This document shows, piece after piece, positions 26,443 to 33,560 of a stretch of DNA of 41,518 nucleotides. The DNA lies in the IMG/VR virus record IMGVR_UViG_3300020042_001792, positions 1-41,518 of that record; one strand, given 5' to 3'. The position numbers and the translations under genes are program-made. The notes below the pieces were generated by a model, which had not been told where the DNA came from, ran no database searches, and was given only the letters and a program-made list of their open reading frames with translations. Source of the DNA: a virus. Lineage: Duplodnaviria > Caudoviricetes. Each line of letters starts with the position of its first letter. Position 1 is the first letter of the stretch.

Positions 26443-26505
26443 AATAATACACCAAGAAAAACTTTTTGCAAGTGGCTTGTAAATAAAAGTTAAACGCGGT
26501 AAGAT
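26443..26505. promoter_or_regulatory. Divergent promoter pair
   Basis: Leftward TTGCAA-N17-TATATT (26471-26443); rightward TTGTAA-N17-TAAGAT (26477-26505). Confidence 0.7.
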
Positions 26506-26533
26506 TACGCCGTGTTTACCGTGAGGACAAGTT

Positions 26534-26719
26534 ATGGACGATGAAGCAGAACACCATCAAGCAATGCTTGAGCGAATGCAAATGCTGGAGGACGCCCTTC
26601 ACCGGGCTGAGACGGGCATTGCTACCGAAGACGACTGGAGCGTCATCCGCCATGAGTGCGGTGTGTCCAGAAGTCAAACTTTGAAACCTGAAATTGAATG
26701 GAGTGAATCATGGCCTTAA
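26534..26719 (+). CDS. Hypothetical protein
   Basis: 61 aa; GAGG RBS; first gene of the plus-strand operon. Confidence 0.65.
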   Translation: MDDEAEHHQAMLERMQMLEDALHRAETGIATEDDWSVIRHECGVSRSQTLKPEIEWSESWP

Positions 26720-27369
26720 TAGCGAAAGAAAGCGGCGGCGGAACCTTTACCCCTGTGCCGCAGGGAATGCACCTTGCTCGGTGCTATCGAGTGGTTGATC
26801 TAGGAACCCAGAAGTCAGAGTACCTCGGCACCATTAAACACCTGCCAAAGGTGATGTTGCAGTTCGAGGTGCATGGCGAAGACGAAGACGGGAAAGCCAT
26901 CGTCACGACCAAGAACGAGCCGATGACCATCAGCAAGAACTTCACGCTGTCGTTGGCTGAAAAGGCCACCCTGCGCAAGGATTTGCAGACATGGCGTGGG
27001 CGCGAGTTCACTGCTGAAGAGTTGCGCGGCTTTGAACTCAAGAACGTGTTGGGCGCGTGGGCAATGATCTCCGTGATCAAGGCCGCTGGCGCAAACGGGA
27101 AAGAGTACACCAACGTCGCGGCCATCATGTCCGTGCCACCAGCGATTAAGAAAGCTGGACTGCCAGAGGGCTTCAATACCCTCGGCATCTTCTCAATTGA
27201 TGAGCCTGATATGACCATGTTTGGCACTTTTAGCGACGGCCTAAAGCAAAAGATTTCGGGGTCGCCTGAGTGGCAGCGTGGCGGCGGCTCAAGCGATCAG
27301 TCGTCGGCCAGCAAGCCTGCTCCCGGCGGCTCTGGCTTTGATGACATGGATGACGACATCCCGTTTTAA
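26710..27369 (+). CDS. Probable ssDNA-binding protein
   Basis: G.H.ARCYRVVDLGTQ; OB-like beta pattern; acidic SSB-type tail DDMDDDIPF. Confidence 0.75.
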   Translation: MALIAKESGGGTFTPVPQGMHLARCYRVVDLGTQKSEYLGTIKHLPKVMLQFEVHGEDEDGKAIVTTKNEPMTISKNFTLSLAEKATLRKDLQTWRGREFTAEELRGFELKNVLGAWAMISVIKAAGANGKEYTNVAAIMSVPPAIKKAGLPEGFNTLGIFSIDEPDMTMFGTFSDGLKQKISGSPEWQRGGGSSDQSSASKPAPGGSGFDDMDDDIPF

Positions 27370-27411
27370 ACCAATTGAGCAAATGCCCAAAAATTTTCTT
27401 AGGAGAAAAAA

Positions 27412-27639
27412 ATGAGAGTTTTGTCCGTTAGTTGGAATTCGGAAACCGATAAAACAAAAGTCCATTTGAATGAGGATTTTGCCTCTTCAGATTGGATTGT
27501 TAGGGCTGATATTTTAAGCGACCTTGTTGCTGAAATTTTAGACCTATACGATAAAACCAAAAACGAAGTACGCAACCCAATCATGCTTGAAACATTTGGA
27601 CACAATTCAAGCGTAACCAGTTTAGAAAGCGTCAAATGA
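27412..27639 (+). CDS. Hypothetical protein (AT-rich insert)
   Basis: 75 aa; AGGAG RBS; visibly lower GC than flanking genes. Confidence 0.6.
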   Translation: MRVLSVSWNSETDKTKVHLNEDFASSDWIVRADILSDLVAEILDLYDKTKNEVRNPIMLETFGHNSSVTSLESVK

Positions 27640-28397
27640 CAATTACAACCCCCGCAGTACGCGCCAGCGAATCGAATCACTGGTACACCCGTGATGGCGT
27701 CCCACGCTACACGGTCATGGGCAAGAACGGTAAAGAACGCAACACCACGCTGCGCGATGCCCGTACCGAAAGTCTGGTGCCCAGCGTCACTACCGTCTTG
27801 AACATCGCCGCAAAGCCAGCGCTCACGCAGTGGCTTCAAAAGCAGGTTTTGATGGCGGCGCTGACCTTGCCACGTCGCACAGACGAGCCAGAGAACGACT
27901 ACATCGACCGGATCATGCAGGACTCAAAAGAGCAGGGCCGCTCCGCTGCCGATGCTGGCACCGACATCCACGCCTCGATCCAGTCGTTCTACGATGGGCA
28001 GGTCAACACCAAGCACCAAGAACACGTTCAGGGCTGCGTCAGCACCCTGCGAGAATACTTCGGTGAGCAGGCATGGATTGCAGAACGCGCCTTCGGCCAT
28101 TCCTCCGGGTTTGGCGGTAAGGTCGACTTGCACGCGGCCAACATCGTGGCCGACATAAAAACCAAGGAGTTCAGTGACCCGGACAAGGTCGACACATACG
28201 ATGAACACCTGATGCAGTTGGCCGCTTACAGAGTTGGGCTGGGAATGCCTGAAGCACGCTGCGCCAACGTGTTTGTGTCTCGTAGCGTGCCGGGTCTTGT
28301 GGTGGTCAAGGAATGGTCGCAGGACGATCTGAGCCGGGGCTGGGAAATGTTTTTTAATCTACTGAAATTTTGGCAATTAAAAAACCAACACTCTTGA
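27636..28397 (+). CDS. PD-(D/E)XK exonuclease (Cas4/lambda-exo-like)
   Basis: PSVTTVL, GTDIH, E...GGKVD...DIKT, QLAAY. Confidence 0.85.
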   Translation: MTITTPAVRASESNHWYTRDGVPRYTVMGKNGKERNTTLRDARTESLVPSVTTVLNIAAKPALTQWLQKQVLMAALTLPRRTDEPENDYIDRIMQDSKEQGRSAADAGTDIHASIQSFYDGQVNTKHQEHVQGCVSTLREYFGEQAWIAERAFGHSSGFGGKVDLHAANIVADIKTKEFSDPDKVDTYDEHLMQLAAYRVGLGMPEARCANVFVSRSVPGLVVVKEWSQDDLSRGWEMFFNLLKFWQLKNQHS

Positions 28398-28399
28398 TC

Positions 28400-28609
28400 A
28401 TGGAAAAAGTTAATGCATTCAAGACGAGTGACGGAAAGTTGTTCGACACCTCTCGCGAGGCCGAACGACACCAAGTTTTCATTGAAAAATCAAACGTGGT
28501 GGAAGAGTTTTTGGACAGCGACCTTAGCCCATACGTCGGGCCACAGCGCGTCATCGCACGCAATTCAGTCATCAACTGGGAACTATGGAAGATCAAAAAT
28601 GTTAAGTGA
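28400..28609 (+). CDS. Hypothetical protein
   Basis: AFKTSDGKLF....EA..H motif; start revised to ATG 28400. Confidence 0.65.
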   Translation: MEKVNAFKTSDGKLFDTSREAERHQVFIEKSNVVEEFLDSDLSPYVGPQRVIARNSVINWELWKIKNVK

Positions 28610-28820
28610 AGAAACCATCAAGCAAATCTTTTTTCAAAGCGACCGCCCACGCAAAGACCCCTTGATTGCGGATGAGGTAGACATCATGCAGTTTGCGCAC
28701 AACATTGAGTTGTTTGTAGCGGTGCAGTACGCCCGCAAAGAACACGCCCGCTGCGTGAAGATTGTCAGCGACATGAACCGTGAGGTTGCCTGCGCACTGG
28801 AAACCCAGCGGCCCGCATAG
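28599..28820 (+). CDS. Hypothetical protein
   Basis: Start revised to MLSEETIKQ at 28599. Confidence 0.6.
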   Translation: MLSEETIKQIFFQSDRPRKDPLIADEVDIMQFAHNIELFVAVQYARKEHARCVKIVSDMNREVACALETQRPA

Positions 28821-28822
28821 CC

Positions 28823-29008
28823 ATGGACATCAGCCTCATCACACATTTGGCACAGCAATACGAAGAGGGCAGGCGCGACCCGGAGGCGACTCTGGCTTTC
28901 GCTTGCCTTGAAGCCTATCAACAAGGGTTTGATGATGGGGTACACCAAGCAGAAGAGCAATTTGCACAGACCCAAATGCTCTTGATGTGTACTGCTGGGC
29001 ACGCATAA
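28823..29008 (+). CDS. Hypothetical protein
   Basis: 61 aa with AYQQGFDDG; last gene before the terminator. Confidence 0.6.
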   Translation: MDISLITHLAQQYEEGRRDPEATLAFACLEAYQQGFDDGVHQAEEQFAQTQMLLMCTAGHA

Positions 29009-29033
29009 AAAAAGCCCCCCGGTTAAGGGGGGC
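29007..29033 (-). terminator. Terminator between convergent operons
   Basis: GCCCCCC-TTAACC-GGGGGGC-TTTTTTT on the minus strand. Confidence 0.8.
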
Positions 29034-29063
29034 AAAGAGGAGAGTGGCAACTGCTCCTAAAAC

Positions 29064-30695
29064 TTACTCTTTGGGCTGGCCTTTGACGGCTTTGTAGCCT
29101 TCATACCCGGCCAGACCCAAGCCACCGACCGTGCCTATGCCGCGCAGGGCCAGCAAAATTGGATGGGTTGGGGGTAGCATAGACATCACCCCAAACGTGG
29201 CCTCTAGCGTTGGCAGGACGGCCCCGGAATAATCTCCCTGTTTGAACTTTTCGATGGCCTCTGCTGCGGCCATTCCAGTCGCGGCCCCGCTGATCACGCC
29301 AAACGCCTTTGGAGCGATTTTTGCCGTGGCGGCACCCACTTGCCCCAACGCACCCGGTTTGACCTCTCCAGCGCGGTCTACGGCCTTCTGTGCCACATTC
29401 ACACCGGACTCGGCGCGTTGCACCTGACTTTGGGCTGTGCGGGCATCCTTGACGGCTTGGTTGGCCGTGCGCCTTGCTTCTCCTGCGGCTTGACGGTCGG
29501 CGCGTGCCTTCTGCGTCCTTTCGTCCATTGGGGCAAGTTCTGCCTCCAGCTTTGTCTTCTGAATTTGGGCCTCGGTTGGGGAAACCAGCAAGCCGCTGGG
29601 GGTGGATGCGCTGATGCCCTCGGTCAATGCATACGCCTTACTGGGGTCGATGAGACCTTGTTGCCCCAGTCTGCCCAGTGTGGCACGCTGTGCCCGCTCG
29701 TTGCGTGCAATTTGTGAGGTTCTTTCGTTGAAGGTAGTCTGAGAGGCGCGGCCAGTAATCCCGGTTTCCTTGGTGGTGCCTTGGATTCCACGGGCCTGCT
29801 GATCTGCCGTAGGGGTCAGACCATCTGGCTCAGGGGTGGGCACTGGCGCAGTGCGTGCGGCCCGAGCAGACTTCATTTCGTCTGTGGCTGTAGCCAGTTC
29901 CGTTTCGGCTGCTTGGTATGCGCCCTGTGCGCGTTTAAATTCTGCCTCAAGGTCACTTAAAGAAGAGCCAGAGCCTACGCGGCTTTGCACCTCATTTAAT
30001 TTGTCGCGGGCCACCTGCAAACGTTCACGCGCACCTTCAAGTCGAGGTGACGAAGGTTGCTTAACGTTGCCAGCAACGATGCCAGAGCCAAGGCCAGCAG
30101 CCGCTCCAATAAGTGCGGCATCTTCTTTGTTGACATCGGCCTCACGCTTGACCACAGGAGGGGGTGGCTCCTTAGCAATTCTCTGGGCCTCCGTCTCACC
30201 AGAGCCAAAACCAAACTCATCGTCTTCTGCTTTGACTGGTTTGGCTGACTCCATTCGAGCATTGACCAACGAAAACGCGCTGTTCAACTTGCTGCCGTAG
30301 TCTTTGTCCTCCGCGTAACCGCCTTGCGTCCCGGGGCGCAACGCTTTAGTAAAGGCACCAACATCAGCGCCAGAACCAACAACCTCTGGGAACTGACGCT
30401 TTATGTACTGCGCATAGTAATCGGCAAAAACATTTGGGTCTTCAAACTTGAGGTATCGGTCTTTGCTTTTTGTGGCGTTGTCAGTGGCCTCAACGCCCTT
30501 GCCTGCGGATTTAATATTTCCAAGGTTATAGGTTCCGGGCACAATACTCGAACCCCATCCCGTTTCCATACCAAATTGCGCAAGCAAGATGCGCGGGTCT
30601 ACGTTAAGTTGTTGCCCAATACGCTCGGCAATCGGCGTGTACTCTTGAATGAATGCATTGGCGTCTCCGCCTTGTTTTGGTTCTGCCACAATCAA
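29064..30695 (-). CDS. Internal virion protein with N-terminal GH73 (FlgJ-like) peptidoglycan hydrolase
   Basis: LAQ..METGWG, YNLGNIK, GYAEDKDY..KL; coiled coil; C-terminal Gly-rich hydrophobic segments. Confidence 0.85.
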   Translation of the reverse strand: MIVAEPKQGGDANAFIQEYTPIAERIGQQLNVDPRILLAQFGMETGWGSSIVPGTYNLGNIKSAGKGVEATDNATKSKDRYLKFEDPNVFADYYAQYIKRQFPEVVGSGADVGAFTKALRPGTQGGYAEDKDYGSKLNSAFSLVNARMESAKPVKAEDDEFGFGSGETEAQRIAKEPPPPVVKREADVNKEDAALIGAAAGLGSGIVAGNVKQPSSPRLEGARERLQVARDKLNEVQSRVGSGSSLSDLEAEFKRAQGAYQAAETELATATDEMKSARAARTAPVPTPEPDGLTPTADQQARGIQGTTKETGITGRASQTTFNERTSQIARNERAQRATLGRLGQQGLIDPSKAYALTEGISASTPSGLLVSPTEAQIQKTKLEAELAPMDERTQKARADRQAAGEARRTANQAVKDARTAQSQVQRAESGVNVAQKAVDRAGEVKPGALGQVGAATAKIAPKAFGVISGAATGMAAAEAIEKFKQGDYSGAVLPTLEATFGVMSMLPPTHPILLALRGIGTVGGLGLAGYEGYKAVKGQPKE

Positions 30696-32617
30696 CCCCC
30701 TTTTGGTTTGCGGCGGATTGTGCCGTCTGTATCTTCAAAAAGCCCACCCTCTGGGAGGCCGTTATATCCGGGCGTTCCTTTCTTGGGAGGAATGCCCGAT
30801 GGCGCAGGAGCGACAGATGTAGTCTTGGGCGCGGCGGCTGGTGCAGGAGTGGCCGCAGGTGCGGCTGGACGTGGGGCCGCAGCAGGGGCAGCAGGAGCGG
30901 CTGGCTTCTCTGCTTTAACAGGAGGGCGCAACAACGCAGAATTGGCTTTTTGCATTTCGCCAAGTCGGAAGTCGTATGCGTCGTTGACTTTTGCTAATTC
31001 ATCAGACGCCAAGAAATCTCGGTACGAATTTTCAGGGTTCTTGCTGAATTTATTCCAAGCCTTGAATACCTGTTGGTCGTACTTGCCCTTGAGTTCAATA
31101 AACTCAGACTTCAAGCGAATAACTTTTGACGTGTCTGTTGGCAACGCGCCCAACGCAGCGTAAAGATCGCCCTCTCGTTCAGTTGTTGCGCCCTCACCCG
31201 GCACTCGAGCGGCCTTTCGGAATGCGGTTGTCAACTGAGCGTATTGTTGCGCAAACATCTGAAGCGCTTCGCGATCCTCTTTTGGCAATTTAATGCCCTG
31301 ATAGACAATATCTGTTGGGATTGAAATAGAGCCTAAGTTGCCAGCCTGAAGACCCGCCTTTGCAGCACGAGCAACAGCTAGAGCAACGCCTTCGTCGTTC
31401 ATCAAATCAAATGCACGGCTGTTGCTTGTAGCAAGTTCTTTCATAGCACGGGCAGAATTTATCAATTCGCGAGACTGGGTAAAGTTGGTGTCAATACGAC
31501 CAATCTTGTCTTTCTCCTCACCCACCTGAGACTTGAGTCGCTCTTGGCGAATTTCATCGCGTCGTTTGCGCTCTTCCAAAGTAAGTGGCGCTTCGCCCTT
31601 GCCGCCTGCAACCTTTGTGGAGGGTTCGCCGTCCATCCAGCCCTTGGACTTGAACCAGTCAAACTCAATGTTGCGGTCTTTCTGTCTGTTGGCTTCGTCG
31701 TGGAAGGTCTTCCACTCTTGGTACACGCTGTACGGAACTTTCTTGTTGCCGATGTAGCGACCAAAGTCAACTTCAACAATCTCGTCGGGGTTTGCATCAA
31801 GAAACTGTTGGCGGCTTGTTGAATAAGGACGGTTGCCAATTGGTTTGATGTCCTCGCGCTGCAACTTGGCAATCTCGGCCAACTCTTTGCCGTACTTGCC
31901 AGACGGGTCAAGCAGGTAAGCCTGCTCGATGTCAGCGTCGGTTATCATTTTTTGTTGGCGTGGTGCGCCAGTTGACATCACAGGCTCACGCGCAGCACCC
32001 GCAACGGCAGGCGCTTGTGGTGCGCCACCCGGCGTAGGCACCGATGGGCCTTGTGGTGTGCGGCCAGCAACAGCGGGAACCGCGCCACCGACGGGGCCAC
32101 CGACAGGCCCACCCGCTGGGCCTCCTGCTGGCGATCCACCGCCAAGGCGGCTCATGCGGTGACCCATGATGGCACCCTGCTGCGTCATGTCCAGCATTTT
32201 CTGCTCGAGTTCCAGCTTGAGTTTATTGATGCCCTGCTTGCGGGCAAATTCTTTCTCACCCTCTTCAACAGCCGCATCGGCAGCGTAGCCCATGGACTCG
32301 CCAAACGATCCAGTTTTAGTTGGCTTTGCAAAACCTGCGGCCACCTTCAATAGCATGGGGTCAAACGGCAAGCCCATGCGCGAGTCAAGACTGTCCTTGA
32401 GCGTCCTGATCTGACTGTTGAGCGATTCGCGTTGCGTCTGCAAATCGCGCATTGATTTAGTGAAGTAGTCTTCTGGCTGTACCGCTTCGTCTTGCTCCAT
32501 CCCTGATGCGCGTACAGCGAGGTTCTCCTGCTTTGGTGCAGCAACAGCCGGGGCTACAGGGCGAGTCTGATTTAAACCGCCAGCGGGGGCTTGTGTTTGT
32601 ACCTGTGTGGTTGCCAT
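30692..32617 (-). CDS. Internal virion (ejection) protein
   Basis: 641 aa, helical; GF..PTKTGSFGES and GEGATTERE motifs; position in the ejection gene block. Confidence 0.65.
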   Translation of the reverse strand: MATTQVQTQAPAGGLNQTRPVAPAVAAPKQENLAVRASGMEQDEAVQPEDYFTKSMRDLQTQRESLNSQIRTLKDSLDSRMGLPFDPMLLKVAAGFAKPTKTGSFGESMGYAADAAVEEGEKEFARKQGINKLKLELEQKMLDMTQQGAIMGHRMSRLGGGSPAGGPAGGPVGGPVGGAVPAVAGRTPQGPSVPTPGGAPQAPAVAGAAREPVMSTGAPRQQKMITDADIEQAYLLDPSGKYGKELAEIAKLQREDIKPIGNRPYSTSRQQFLDANPDEIVEVDFGRYIGNKKVPYSVYQEWKTFHDEANRQKDRNIEFDWFKSKGWMDGEPSTKVAGGKGEAPLTLEERKRRDEIRQERLKSQVGEEKDKIGRIDTNFTQSRELINSARAMKELATSNSRAFDLMNDEGVALAVARAAKAGLQAGNLGSISIPTDIVYQGIKLPKEDREALQMFAQQYAQLTTAFRKAARVPGEGATTEREGDLYAALGALPTDTSKVIRLKSEFIELKGKYDQQVFKAWNKFSKNPENSYRDFLASDELAKVNDAYDFRLGEMQKANSALLRPPVKAEKPAAPAAPAAAPRPAAPAATPAPAAAPKTTSVAPAPSGIPPKKGTPGYNGLPEGGLFEDTDGTIRRKPKGG

Positions 32618-32620
32618 TTT

Positions 32621-33559
32621 TTACGCCCCAGTCCGCTGAACACGACCACCGATGCGATAGCCTTTGCCACGATGAGTGACAGACATTGGTGGGGTTTTTT
32701 TGATAGCGCCGCCGTCTTTTGTACCCTTTGCTGGGTCTGCACGCATGAACGAGCCGAGACCAGCCAAAAGGCTTGCAATTTGCGACAACGGGCTGTTGGA
32801 ATAAGCGCCAGCCTCTGGGCCAATTTTTTGTTGGACTGTGCCTGTTGGGACAGGGTTGCCCTGCATAAGTTTGGAAAAGGCTTGAGCCTGAGCCATTGGG
32901 TAATCAAGGGTCTTTTGACCAAGCGCTTGCTCTTGACCGCCGTAGTCAAACATGGCCTTCAGACCACCCAAACCAAGTTGCTGCTGCTCTTGGCCCAGCG
33001 ATTGAAACGAGCGGCCAGCATTCAAAGCCCTCTCAAGATCGCTCTGCGCAAACTTGCCCGCTTCGCTGTAGCCTGACTGAAGCGCCTGCGCCTGCTTGCC
33101 CAGTAAATCAGCTTGCAAGTCTCGCAAGACGTTACCAGTGATCTGGTTTTGACGACGCGATCCAAACTGGCCCATGCCGATTGCCGCGCCGCCAAGGTTT
33201 GGCAGCACGTTTTCTTGAATGTTGCGCTGCTGCAAACGACCCATTTCATCTACCACCCTTGAGGTGTAGGGGTTCATGTAGTCGCCGACAACGTCGGGCA
33301 TGGTGGTTGCACCAGCCTCACCCATCAACTTCGATGCCGCGCCCAATGAGCCAGCGCCAGAAAAGGCAATGTCTGGCACCATTTGAAGCGCTTGCTGTTG
33401 CAGGCCAGAAAAGCCAGCAACGCCACCCTGTTGGATTGCGTTCTGGCCTAAGTTGGCAATGTCCTGAAGATAGTTGGTATAGAACTCTGGAGCAGTCTGT
33501 TGCTGTTCGGTTGTCGTGACCACATCAGGTAGTGGATCACCTTGGAAAAGTCCAGCCAT
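32621..33559 (-). CDS. Internal virion/DNA transfer protein
   Basis: 312 aa, Gln/Gly/Ala-rich; YMNPY and GQFGSRR motifs. Confidence 0.7.
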   Translation of the reverse strand: MAGLFQGDPLPDVVTTTEQQQTAPEFYTNYLQDIANLGQNAIQQGGVAGFSGLQQQALQMVPDIAFSGAGSLGAASKLMGEAGATTMPDVVGDYMNPYTSRVVDEMGRLQQRNIQENVLPNLGGAAIGMGQFGSRRQNQITGNVLRDLQADLLGKQAQALQSGYSEAGKFAQSDLERALNAGRSFQSLGQEQQQLGLGGLKAMFDYGGQEQALGQKTLDYPMAQAQAFSKLMQGNPVPTGTVQQKIGPEAGAYSNSPLSQIASLLAGLGSFMRADPAKGTKDGGAIKKTPPMSVTHRGKGYRIGGRVQRTGA

Positions 33560-33560
33560 T

